Positions 1 to 9,092 of a stretch of 64,000 nt of DNA are shown piece after piece; the stretch's first letter is position 1, and the number at the start of each line of letters is the position of its first letter. Below the pieces are notes generated by a model, which saw only the letters and a list, made by a program, of their open reading frames with translations, did not search any database and was not told the DNA's origin. The stretch comes from an uncultured delta proteobacterium (GTDB lineage Bacteria; Myxococcota_A; Polyangia; Fen-1088), in the NCBI GenBank assembly GCA_963796685.1, contig CAWCMR010000025.1, positions 1,184,001-1,248,000 of the forward strand. The letters are read 5' to 3'. The translations under genes were made by a program, and so were the position numbers.

Positions 1-2
1 TG

Positions 3-632
3 CTCGAGAAGCTCGATGAGAAGATTGCGGCCAAGGTGGCGGCGGGTAGGTGCCGGCACTGTGATGGGCCGCTACACCAGGGGAATTACCGGCGCAAGCC
101 CCGGGGTGGCATGATCGGGGCGACAGGGGAGGAATTCACGCGACGGCACTCTCTGTGCTGCGGTCGTCGAGGGTGTCGCAAGCGGGCGTTGCCACCGTCG
201 CTGCGTTTTCTGGGGCGGCGGGTGTATCTGGAGGTGGTTGTGGTGTTGGCCAGCGTGATGGTGCAGGTCATGGCCACGGTACGCGCGGCCGAGGAGGCGA
301 GCGGGGTGCCGCTGCGAACGCTACGCCGGTGGGGCAGCTGGTGGCGCGAGGTGTTTCCGATGCTGCCGACGTGGGCGGAGCTGCGGGCGCGCTTCGTGCC
401 TCCACCGCCGGACGAGGCCCAGCTTACTTGGTCGCTGCTCGCGCGCCTCGGTGGTCAGGAATATCGCCCCGACCACAATGACGACAGGGTTGCGGACGTG
501 AGCTCATTGCTTCTGTGCGCACGCTACCTGGCACCGGCGACGAGCGATTCCGTAGTGGCTCGCGCCAGCTCCTCTGTGTCGTCCTCGCCGGTGATGCACG
601 TTTGGTCGAGCGTCTTCGCACCACCGAGCTGA
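3..632 (+). pseudogene. Cys-rich transposon-associated protein, 5'-partial, C-terminus corrupted by a deletion junction at about 560
   Basis: Frame is open from base 3 (LEKLDEKIAAKVAAGRCRHCDGPLH...SLCCGRRGCRKRALPPSLRFLGRRVY); clear paralog of 11757..12347. Confidence 0.7.
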
Positions 633-934
633 TGCCTCTCGGCAGCCGCATCCGCCGCCGCCTCGTCCTCGAATATGCATCCCGCGATGAGCTCCTCGCC
701 TGCCTCGACCACCTCCTCGAAACCGCTGGTAATCCCACCCTCATGACCACCGAGCTCAAAGCCACCCTCGCCGATCATGCTGCCGGCAACTACCGCGTCC
801 TCATGAATCTTGGCGATGAGCTGCTCGCACTCGCCGCCGACAAAGACCTGCCCCGCCTCGACGAAAAGCTTTTCCTGGAAGCCTTCAACCAGCAGCCACG
901 CCCCACTGCCAAGGCGCCTGCGAAACGTCGATGA
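560..934 (+). pseudogene. C-terminal fragment of ExeA-like AAA ATPase
   Basis: SRQLLCVVLAGDARLVERLR...LGSRIRRRL...AAGNYRVLMNLG aligns with the C-half of 8277..9092 (SRALLSLVLVGLPELSDRL...LYSRI...AAGSLRDL); no Walker A or B. Confidence 0.75.
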
Positions 935-1194
935 TCATCGTCATTCCCCCGGACGACGATCTCTGTGTCGCCCCCGAGCTGGCTATCCTCGCCGCCCTCG
1001 AGGCCGGACTCGCCATCGCCGTCCAAGTCCTGAACATCACCCACACCGAGATCTTTGCCCCGGGCGACGACCGTCACCCGGCCAACCTCGACACCCGCGT
1101 TGCCGCAGAGATCATGGCCCAGGCCACCAGCATGATCGCCACCATCAACCGTTACCGCCGCGCTCTTCTCGACCCCGATGCCGACCCGCCCTGA
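931..1194 (+). CDS. Small hypothetical protein, last gene of E1
   Basis: ATGA overlap with the ATPase stop; same position as 8056..8280 in E2. Confidence 0.6.
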   Translation: MIIVIPPDDDLCVAPELAILAALEAGLAIAVQVLNITHTEIFAPGDDRHPANLDTRVAAEIMAQATSMIATINRYRRALLDPDADPP

Positions 1195-1375
1195 CCGGGA
1201 CTCGCCGCATTCATGTCCTCGTGCGCCCCGCCAATAGATTGCTCCGCGTCCCCTCAGAAAACGTGCGCACGCTCACCGCAGAGCGCGAATTCTTCGAAGA
1301 GGGACTCCAGGGCCTCCTTCGCACTCGAGCCATGGCCCGTGGTAGGGCGGGACGGCGCCCTCCTTGCCGTCGAAG

Positions 1376-1969
1376 CTAGGGCACAATAATGATATCGCCA
1401 GGAAGGACGACGATATTCTGCTCAAGTTGCTTTCCGGTCCGGAGTTTTTCGACATCTACCGGAATCTGGCGTGGATTGCCCGATGCCGAGTCGCGGATGA
1501 TGAAAGTCTTCTCAGGGCTGGCAAAACGGTTGGGACCGCCGGCCATGGTGATCGCCTCCAGCACGGTGACGTAGTTCGTCGGCGTGAAGTTGCCACTCTT
1601 TTCGACATTGCCTGTGATGGTAAACTGGTAGCTACTGCCCGAAACCAGTGCGATGGTGACTTGCAGATTTTCGGGTTTCACAAAGCTCGCCAGGCCGGTG
1701 GCGATCTGGGCGCGGATTTTGGATAGTGGCAGGCCAGCTGCCTTGATGTCGCCGACGAGCGGCATCGTGATATTGCCATCCGGACGCACCCGAGCCTCGA
1801 TGCTCAGTTCTGGCTCACGCCAGACGTTGACCCGCAGTACGTCAGCCGGTCCCACGGTATACTCCGAGCGGCGTGGATCGGGTTCCTTCGAATAGTCGTA
1901 GGCTACCTGCGTGGCACAGCCTGCGGCAGTGATCATCCAGGCACAGACGGCTAAGGTACGGGGCCACAT
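1376..1969 (-). CDS. wza: Polysaccharide export (OPX/Wza family) lipoprotein, short two-domain type
   Basis: Lipobox AAGC; YTVGPADVLRVNVW...VRPDGNITMPLVGDIKAAG Poly_export motif; SLBB; ends PGDIIIVP. Confidence 0.9.
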   Translation of the reverse strand: MWPRTLAVCAWMITAAGCATQVAYDYSKEPDPRRSEYTVGPADVLRVNVWREPELSIEARVRPDGNITMPLVGDIKAAGLPLSKIRAQIATGLASFVKPENLQVTIALVSGSSYQFTITGNVEKSGNFTPTNYVTVLEAITMAGGPNRFASPEKTFIIRDSASGNPRQIPVDVEKLRTGKQLEQNIVVLPGDIIIVP

Positions 1970-2103
1970 GGCGGATCAGAGTACTTGTCTTGTCGCGTGT
2001 TCGCCAGATTGATTTCGAATCCGCGTCACCGACAACCACCCGCAACACCCTTGCAACCCATGGGACGCGTAGTATCATGACTCTGCTTGGATTGTCGAAA
2101 AAC

Positions 2104-3585
2104 ATGAGTGATCGTTCTGTCTTCTCTCCGCATTTGACTACGGCCTGGTTTCTCCTTGTCTTCTGGATGGCCAGCCCCGCCAGCTGCTCGCACAGTGCCG
2201 CGTCAAACGGCGGCCAGCTAGGTGGCGGCGGAAGCGGATCTGGCAGCGCCAACGGCGGCAGCGGTGGTGCAGGAGGATCGCTGGGGAACCCAACGGATCT
2301 GTGCGCAGGTTACGCCGTCCGCTCGACCGAGCTTGTCCCCTACTCTGCGCTCCCGAAGCCGGTCCTTCTCCAGGGGGTTCAGGATCCCGACTTCCCGCTC
2401 TCGGTCATTCGTCGCATCACCGACCAGTCTGAATGGCCGGGCAACACGACCACGGTTCCGGCTTACCCGACGATCCCAGTCTGGAACGCCGACGAGTCTT
2501 TGATGGTTCTCTACGTGCAGGGCTTTGGTCACGTACTGCTCGATGGCAAGACCTATCAGTTCAAGCACCAACTCGAGATCAATCCGCCCGACTTGGAGCA
2601 CTACTATTGGGACACCCACGATCCGGACGTTCTGTATTTCGTCGCCGATCAGGCGCCGCACGTCCTCAACAAGTACCACGTGTCGACTAGCACATCCGAG
2701 GTGCTGCACAACTTTGATCCCGACCTTGCTTCGGGCGGTCAGTTGGCATCGGCCTGCGCAGGACACGATACGTCCGCGACGATCAGCGGCGGCGAAGATC
2801 CGTTCTTCATTAGTTACGACAACGACCTGTTCGGCCTGGGGTGCCGGCTGAATAGCAGCGGACCCAACGGTGCTTCCAATTTCGTTGGGTTCAGCTATCG
2901 CGTATCGACGAACCAGATCGGTAAGACCCTCCCCAACGAGGGTACTGTCCCGCAGGCGAGCCCGTCGGGACAATACGTCTACTTCTATGCCGACGAGAAG
3001 GTGACGCAGGTCCTCGATCCCATGACCCACGGGCTAATCCGCACGCTTCCGTGGGACGGCACTTCACACAGCGATCTCCTACTCAATGCCAAAGGCGAGG
3101 ACATCGTAGCGGGCGTGCAGTTCGACGGGCCGTCCGGAAGTGGCACGCTGCTCGCTGGCAACCTAGTGACTGGCAAGGTCACGACCATCATCGGACCGAC
3201 GAAGACGGGCACGGGGGATTCCTATTCGTATCCGCCGAGCGGCACGCTGGTGAGCGGAAAGGCGCTCAAGAACCCTGGATGGGTGGTCGTCGGTGTCACC
3301 GGCGATATCCAGCTGACCAAGACCTACCTCGATCAGGAGATCGTCCTTGCGGACGTCGACACAGGGGACTTCTGCCGCGTTGCGCACCACCGCAGCATCG
3401 GCAAGTGGGCGGACGGCTCGGTGGACAACTACTGGGCGCAGCCGAACGTGGTCTTCAGCCCATCGGGGACGCGAGTCGCCTTCCCGAGTGACTGGGGGGC
3501 TGCCAAGCCGGGCTCAAGCCTGAAGCCCGACGCGAACGCCCCAGTCGACGTCTACGTCCTCGAGCTTCCCAGTTACCGGCCGTAG
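2104..3585 (+). CDS. Secreted/lipoprotein beta-propeller (TolB/PL22-like), short Gly linker; copy 1
   Basis: Hydrophobic signal ending in Cys (SPASC), Gly linker, propeller-type motifs (WNADESLM, FSPSGTRVAFPSDWG). Start moved from 1990 to ATG 2104. Confidence 0.7.
   Translation: MSDRSVFSPHLTTAWFLLVFWMASPASCSHSAASNGGQLGGGGSGSGSANGGSGGAGGSLGNPTDLCAGYAVRSTELVPYSALPKPVLLQGVQDPDFPLSVIRRITDQSEWPGNTTTVPAYPTIPVWNADESLMVLYVQGFGHVLLDGKTYQFKHQLEINPPDLEHYYWDTHDPDVLYFVADQAPHVLNKYHVSTSTSEVLHNFDPDLASGGQLASACAGHDTSATISGGEDPFFISYDNDLFGLGCRLNSSGPNGASNFVGFSYRVSTNQIGKTLPNEGTVPQASPSGQYVYFYADEKVTQVLDPMTHGLIRTLPWDGTSHSDLLLNAKGEDIVAGVQFDGPSGSGTLLAGNLVTGKVTTIIGPTKTGTGDSYSYPPSGTLVSGKALKNPGWVVVGVTGDIQLTKTYLDQEIVLADVDTGDFCRVAHHRSIGKWADGSVDNYWAQPNVVFSPSGTRVAFPSDWGAAKPGSSLKPDANAPVDVYVLELPSYRP
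2248..3585 (+). repeat. 1338-bp direct repeat, copy A (copy B at 4378..5715)
   Basis: Only 3 differences seen (2259/4389, 3297/5427, 3543/5673), all synonymous; identity ends at the stop codon. Confidence 0.95.
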
Positions 3586-3888
3586 CTACTGGCTCCATCA
3601 AACAAGGACAATAAGAGTTGGGCCGAAGACCGTTTCGCTTCGGCAGCACTATCTGGCCGCATAGCGATGTAACCCGCCAACAAAGTGCCAGCGTAATTTG
3701 CCTCGATTGCGACGTACAGGGGTACTCGAGTGAGCACCGCATTACGCCAGCACATTTCAGACAATGCGCGGAGGATCCGATGACGTACAATTAGCAGCGT
3801 GGTCTGTCGAGGCTACGACAGAGTCAGGTACCCAAGCAGTGAATGTAGAGTGAAAGGGCGCTGCGACAACCCAAGGAGGATTCTTTCA

Positions 3889-5715
3889 ATGAAGTACTAT
3901 TGGCTGGCATACGCCGTTTTGAGTGTAGTGTTGCCTTCGAGCTTCGGTTGTTCGAGCGGTAGTGCCAAGACCGCGCTTTCGCCTGACAGTGGTGCTGCAG
4001 GGAGAGACAGCAGTGGGGTCGGAGGCCCTGGCACCGGCGGAAGTGGAGGTATTGGCAATACCGGCAGCGGGGGGGCAGGCGATGTTCGCGCCAGCACTGG
4101 CGAGGGCGGTGCTGGTGGGACGGGCGATGGCGGTCTTGGGGTGGTTGGTACGGGCGGGGTGGTTGGCACCGGTGGCGCGGGTGGAAGGGTTGGGACACGC
4201 GACGGCGGAATCGACGTTGGTGGCAGGGGAGGAAATGCCAGAACGGGCGATGCGGCGGGTTCCGGTGGTGCCACGGGCGGATCGGGTGGCAGCAGCCTGA
4301 GTGACGCAGGCCGGGATGGCGCGGTCGACGCGGCTTCCGGTGGATCGCTTGGTGGACAGGGAGGCCCAGTAGATTCTGCCAACGGCGGGAGCGGTGGTGC
4401 AGGAGGATCGCTGGGGAACCCAACGGATCTGTGCGCAGGTTACGCCGTCCGCTCGACCGAGCTTGTCCCCTACTCTGCGCTCCCGAAGCCGGTCCTTCTC
4501 CAGGGGGTTCAGGATCCCGACTTCCCGCTCTCGGTCATTCGTCGCATCACCGACCAGTCTGAATGGCCGGGCAACACGACCACGGTTCCGGCTTACCCGA
4601 CGATCCCAGTCTGGAACGCCGACGAGTCTTTGATGGTTCTCTACGTGCAGGGCTTTGGTCACGTACTGCTCGATGGCAAGACCTATCAGTTCAAGCACCA
4701 ACTCGAGATCAATCCGCCCGACTTGGAGCACTACTATTGGGACACCCACGATCCGGACGTTCTGTATTTCGTCGCCGATCAGGCGCCGCACGTCCTCAAC
4801 AAGTACCACGTGTCGACTAGCACATCCGAGGTGCTGCACAACTTTGATCCCGACCTTGCTTCGGGCGGTCAGTTGGCATCGGCCTGCGCAGGACACGATA
4901 CGTCCGCGACGATCAGCGGCGGCGAAGATCCGTTCTTCATTAGTTACGACAACGACCTGTTCGGCCTGGGGTGCCGGCTGAATAGCAGCGGACCCAACGG
5001 TGCTTCCAATTTCGTTGGGTTCAGCTATCGCGTATCGACGAACCAGATCGGTAAGACCCTCCCCAACGAGGGTACTGTCCCGCAGGCGAGCCCGTCGGGA
5101 CAATACGTCTACTTCTATGCCGACGAGAAGGTGACGCAGGTCCTCGATCCCATGACCCACGGGCTAATCCGCACGCTTCCGTGGGACGGCACTTCACACA
5201 GCGATCTCCTACTCAATGCCAAAGGCGAGGACATCGTAGCGGGCGTGCAGTTCGACGGGCCGTCCGGAAGTGGCACGCTGCTCGCTGGCAACCTAGTGAC
5301 TGGCAAGGTCACGACCATCATCGGACCGACGAAGACGGGCACGGGGGATTCCTATTCGTATCCGCCGAGCGGCACGCTGGTGAGCGGAAAGGCGCTCAAG
5401 AACCCTGGATGGGTGGTCGTCGGTGTTACCGGCGATATCCAGCTGACCAAGACCTACCTCGATCAGGAGATCGTCCTTGCGGACGTCGACACAGGGGACT
5501 TCTGCCGCGTTGCGCACCACCGCAGCATCGGCAAGTGGGCGGACGGCTCGGTGGACAACTACTGGGCGCAGCCGAACGTGGTCTTCAGCCCATCGGGGAC
5601 GCGAGTCGCCTTCCCGAGTGACTGGGGGGCTGCCAAGCCGGGCTCAAGCCTGAAGCCCGACGCGAACGCCCCGGTCGACGTCTACGTCCTCGAGCTTCCC
5701 AGTTACCGGCCGTAG
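3889..5715 (+). CDS. Lipoprotein beta-propeller, long Gly-rich linker; copy 2
   Basis: AGGAGG RBS at 3874, ATG 3889, lipobox SFGC, about 140-aa Gly/Ser/Thr linker, domain identical to copy 1. Confidence 0.8.
   Translation: MKYYWLAYAVLSVVLPSSFGCSSGSAKTALSPDSGAAGRDSSGVGGPGTGGSGGIGNTGSGGAGDVRASTGEGGAGGTGDGGLGVVGTGGVVGTGGAGGRVGTRDGGIDVGGRGGNARTGDAAGSGGATGGSGGSSLSDAGRDGAVDAASGGSLGGQGGPVDSANGGSGGAGGSLGNPTDLCAGYAVRSTELVPYSALPKPVLLQGVQDPDFPLSVIRRITDQSEWPGNTTTVPAYPTIPVWNADESLMVLYVQGFGHVLLDGKTYQFKHQLEINPPDLEHYYWDTHDPDVLYFVADQAPHVLNKYHVSTSTSEVLHNFDPDLASGGQLASACAGHDTSATISGGEDPFFISYDNDLFGLGCRLNSSGPNGASNFVGFSYRVSTNQIGKTLPNEGTVPQASPSGQYVYFYADEKVTQVLDPMTHGLIRTLPWDGTSHSDLLLNAKGEDIVAGVQFDGPSGSGTLLAGNLVTGKVTTIIGPTKTGTGDSYSYPPSGTLVSGKALKNPGWVVVGVTGDIQLTKTYLDQEIVLADVDTGDFCRVAHHRSIGKWADGSVDNYWAQPNVVFSPSGTRVAFPSDWGAAKPGSSLKPDANAPVDVYVLELPSYRP
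4378..5715 (+). repeat. 1338-bp direct repeat, copy B
   Basis: Offset 2130 bp from copy A. Confidence 0.95.
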
Positions 5716-5749
5716 TCCGCAGCCGCGTCTCAAGCTGAGTCGAGTCGCC

Positions 5750-5770
5750 CTCCAGCCTTACGGGCTGGAG
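5750..5770. terminator. Hairpin between convergent genes
   Basis: CTCCAGCC-ttacg-GGCTGGAG; no U tract. Confidence 0.35.
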
Positions 5771-5919
5771 CGAGCCTGCGCGGGGGGCAGGAGCAATTCT
5801 GGGTAGGCCCGCGACGTCTGTCGTGACATCCAAACCAAACGCACAACAACGTGCACGCTGCACGGAAGGTCGATGTTCATCGATCCGGAGCGACAGGTTC
5901 ATCTACTTTGAGAGGGGAG

Positions 5920-6960
5920 TTAGAAAACAACGGGCTTGCGAAATAGACTGGAGAGCCGCCGAGGCAGCAGCAGCTTGGCCGCGGTCCTCACGGTGGTTCG
6001 GTCTGCGATGCCGTAGCGGAGGCTCTGCACCAAGTGGCGCGCGCCCCGAAGTCTCTGGTCATCGGCCATCGCACTGGCTGCGGCGAGGTGGGAGTAGCCG
6101 AGACGTTTCCGGAATTCCGCGTCGCTTACGAGCGACAGATCGAGTGTCTTCAGGCTTTCAAGTACCAGTAGACGCGACTCAGCTATGTCCGCCGAATATT
6201 TGTCCGACGACATCTGGTCGGGCGAATAGCGATACCGCATCAGTGGATGGTTGATAAACGCCACATCGCCCTCGCGGCTCAGGCGCAGCAGATACTCCCA
6301 GTCACTGTCCCGGCGAAACTTCTTGTCTAGCATCCCAGCACGCTGGGCCGCTTCCCGCCGGTACAATACGGTGGGCGGGTGCAGGACGTTGCCACCGACA
6401 AGTTGGCGATAGATCGCCCCGTAGTGAATGCTAACCAGTTCGGGCAAAGCGCCCATGTGCGGCAAGCCAGTGGTCCGGAACAGCTGATGGCGGGGGAAGA
6501 AACCCGCCAATCCCCCGGGCGTCCGGCCGATAGCGCCATAGCACGACGACATGTGCGAGCGATCGAAGTAGCCACTCTCGTCGAAGGCCGAGAAATCAGA
6601 TGCTATCAGCGCGCACACGGGATGTTGTTGCATAAAGGCGACCTGCAGTGCCACCTTTTCGGCATTCCACAGATCGTCAGAGTCGAGCCACGCCACGAAT
6701 TCCCCAGTACTTCTGGCCATGCCCGCGTTACGGGCGGCGGCCAGACCCTGGTTTTGCTGGCGAACGTAAATGATACGATCGCGGTACGGCTCGACAGCGC
6801 GTTCCGTGCCGTCGGTGGATCCATCGTCGACGACAATGAGCTCGATTTGCGGATAGGTCTGCGCCAAAGCACTGTCCAGGGTCTGGGCAATGACGTTCCC
6901 ACGATTGTAACTAGGCACGACGACGCTCACGATCGGATTCACAATATGTATCGATAGCAT
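5920..6960 (-). CDS. Glycosyltransferase family 2
   Basis: VSVVVPSYN, IVVDDGSTD, GLAAARNAG, WLDSDD. Confidence 0.92.
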   Translation of the reverse strand: MLSIHIVNPIVSVVVPSYNRGNVIAQTLDSALAQTYPQIELIVVDDGSTDGTERAVEPYRDRIIYVRQQNQGLAAARNAGMARSTGEFVAWLDSDDLWNAEKVALQVAFMQQHPVCALIASDFSAFDESGYFDRSHMSSCYGAIGRTPGGLAGFFPRHQLFRTTGLPHMGALPELVSIHYGAIYRQLVGGNVLHPPTVLYRREAAQRAGMLDKKFRRDSDWEYLLRLSREGDVAFINHPLMRYRYSPDQMSSDKYSADIAESRLLVLESLKTLDLSLVSDAEFRKRLGYSHLAAASAMADDQRLRGARHLVQSLRYGIADRTTVRTAAKLLLPRRLSSLFRKPVVF

Positions 6961-7086
6961 GAAGCGTGGATTGTGTCAGTTTCGATCTCGCTTTTTGAGG
7001 GGACACCGAGTAGGGAAAATGAGGGGATTCCCGATACCCGTTCCCACACGCTGTAGGGGTCAGCGGGTAGCGGAATCGGGAATCAG

Positions 7087-7945
7087 CTACCCTGAGGCGA
7101 GGAGGTAGCCGGCGGCACTCTTGCGGACGCGGCCCTCAGCGACGAGGGTGGCGAGGGCATCGCAGGCGCTCTTGTTGCGGATGCGGCAGGCGGTGCGGAG
7201 GGCGGCAAGCGACAGCGGGGTGGCGGTGTCGGCGAGTGCGCGCTCGATCTTCTCGACGGGGGATGTGGCGGGCGGAGCTTCGGTGATGGCGCGAGCTTCG
7301 ATCACCCGCAGGGCGAGAGCGTCGCCATCGTTCTTGAGAGCGACGTGCAAGCCGCCGAAGGACGGTGCGGCGCGATGCTCGACGGTGAGTACGAGGTCGT
7401 CGCCGGTGCGGCGGAGATAGAGGTTGGAGTCGCCCCAGGCGTGAAATTCGGACGAGCCGCGCAGGGCCTGGCCCGCCCTGGCCTTGGCGGCGCCTTTGCG
7501 CGCATGGTGGACCAGGACCACCGCGACGGCGAGGCGACGCTGCAGCTCGCGCAGAAAGGCGAGCAGCGGGGCGACCTCGCCGGAGACGTTCTCGTCGATG
7601 CGGTGCAGGCGCACGAAAGGGTCAAGGATGAGCAGGCGGGGATGCAGGTGCTCGACGGTCTGGGCGAGGCGATCGCGATCGTCGGCTAGGTCGAGGCGGA
7701 GGACGGGTGCGGTGATGACCTGGATGTCGAGGGCATCGAGGCTGGTGCCGGCGGCAAGGGCGATGCCTTCGAGACGGCGGCGCACGATGTGCAGGGCATC
7801 CTCGGCGGCGAAGAGCAGGACCCGGCCGGACGCGGCGGGCGGGAAACGGCCGAGGCAGGGCACAGAGGCGGCGACGGCCACCGCCATGTCGAGAGCGAGG
7901 AAGGACTTGCAGCACTTGGGCTCGCCGCCGACGATGCCGACGGCC
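7087..7945 (-). pseudogene. RecA-like AAA ATPase (AAA_25 type), N-terminally truncated at the E2 end
   Basis: AVGIVGGEPKCCKS Walker A, LLILDPF Walker B, VHHARK, RGSS; native sequence stops at the TGTGTG end of E2. Confidence 0.8.
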
Positions 7946-7993
7946 TGTGTGTTGCCACGCAAACAGGCTGATGGGTTTGCGGTTCAGATAGCA

Positions 7994-8044
7994 GATGGGC
8001 ATCACGGAAGTGACAGGGTGGCTGTCACGTCGGTGATGCCCATC
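7994..8044 (-). terminator. Long stem-loop downstream of the last E2 gene
   Basis: GATGGGCATCAC-n4-GTGACAG-n5-CTGTCAC-n4-GTGATGCCCATC. Confidence 0.5.
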
Positions 8045-8055
8045 ATCGGGTCGGC

Positions 8056-8280
8056 TCAGAAGCAGTCGTCGTGAGGGCCGTCGGGGACAGATTCCCAGAC
8101 GGCGTCAGGGGGCCTGGGGGTTTCGATTCCGCGTGCAGCCTGGAGGTCGGCCATGGCATCGCCGTGTGCACGCCAGATGGCGGCGATGACCCGCTCGAAC
8201 ACATCGACGAGGATCAGGGCGCAAGATGTGTCGATGGGCGGCAGGTGGATCTGAGCGTGCGGTGGCGGCGGGCGCCTCAT
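8056..8280 (-). CDS. Small hypothetical protein of E2
   Basis: ATGA overlap with the ATPase stop; acidic C-terminus ...PHDDCF. Confidence 0.6.
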   Translation of the reverse strand: MRRPPPPHAQIHLPPIDTSCALILVDVFERVIAAIWRAHGDAMADLQAARGIETPRPPDAVWESVPDGPHDDCF

Positions 8281-9092
8281 GCTGCCTCCCTGGGTTCGGT
8301 ATCGACGACACGGGTGATGGCATCGCGCTCGACGAGTTTTCGCTTTCTGCGGGCGGCGTCGCGAAGGGCGGCGGTGGCGAGCCGGTCGAGGTCGCGCAAA
8401 GATCCTGCGGCGGCTTCGTGGAGCATGGCCAGGGCGTCAGCCGTGACAAGCTCGCGGTCGCAGCCTGATTGCTTGAGTCTGGAGCGAATGTAGTCGGCGG
8501 TGTCGTCCGGGGTCAGGGGCGTGACGTTGAGCCGCGTGTAAATGCGCGAGTACAAGGATCGATTGCGACGGAGGACAAGCCTGTCGGAAAGCTCTGGCAG
8601 GCCGACGAGGACGAGGGACAGGAGCGCCCTGCTGTCCCACTGGTAGTTCAGCAAAATGTGTAGGTGGTCCAGCATGTCCTGATGGAGCAGGTGCGCCTCG
8701 TCGAGGAGGAAGACCGGATGAACACGCTCGCGGCCAAGATCTTCGACGTGGGAGGAGACGGCGAAAAAGAGAGCCGCTGCGGCGGCGGAAGGCGCGAGCC
8801 CCAAGGCGAGGCAAAGCTGGCGATAAAAATCGCGGCGTCCGAGGGTGGCGTTGTGGCAGTAGGTGAGTCGGAAACCAGTTTGCGGCAGCCTGTGGCGCAG
8901 GGCACGCAGAACGCAGGTTTTACCGGCGCCGGGATCGCCGGTGAGGACGATGGAAGCACGCTCGTGGAGGGCTTCGCACAGCTCGTGTACCAGGGCCTCC
9001 TTGGAAGGCGGCATCCACAGATCGACGTCTGCTATTTCCTTGGAGAATGGGGCGCGTTCGAGGGCGAAGTGGCCGAGATAGGCGGGCGTCAT
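8277..9092 (-). CDS. ExeA-like AAA+ ATPase (transposition helper)
   Basis: YLGHFALERAPFS, Walker A GDPGAGKT, Walker B FLLDEAH. Confidence 0.88.
   Translation of the reverse strand: MTPAYLGHFALERAPFSKEIADVDLWMPPSKEALVHELCEALHERASIVLTGDPGAGKTCVLRALRHRLPQTGFRLTYCHNATLGRRDFYRQLCLALGLAPSAAAAALFFAVSSHVEDLGRERVHPVFLLDEAHLLHQDMLDHLHILLNYQWDSRALLSLVLVGLPELSDRLVLRRNRSLYSRIYTRLNVTPLTPDDTADYIRSRLKQSGCDRELVTADALAMLHEAAAGSLRDLDRLATAALRDAARRKRKLVERDAITRVVDTEPREAA

Larger units (their letters stand above)
1..1277 (+). mobile_element. Internally deleted DDE/ExeA-type transposon (element E1); left part lies outside the window
   Basis: Cys-rich first gene is joined directly to the C-terminal half of an ExeA-like ATPase, followed by a small ORF. 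The right end (revcomp GGTGAGCGTGCGCACGTTTTCTGAGGGGAC) resembles the end at 6974 (TGTCAG...TTTTTGAGGGGAC). Confidence 0.6.

Noticed and set aside
2248-5715. The 1338-bp repeat as a DGR TR/VR pair
   Set aside because: Far too long; the differences (C/G, C/T, A/G) are synonymous and not adenine-specific.
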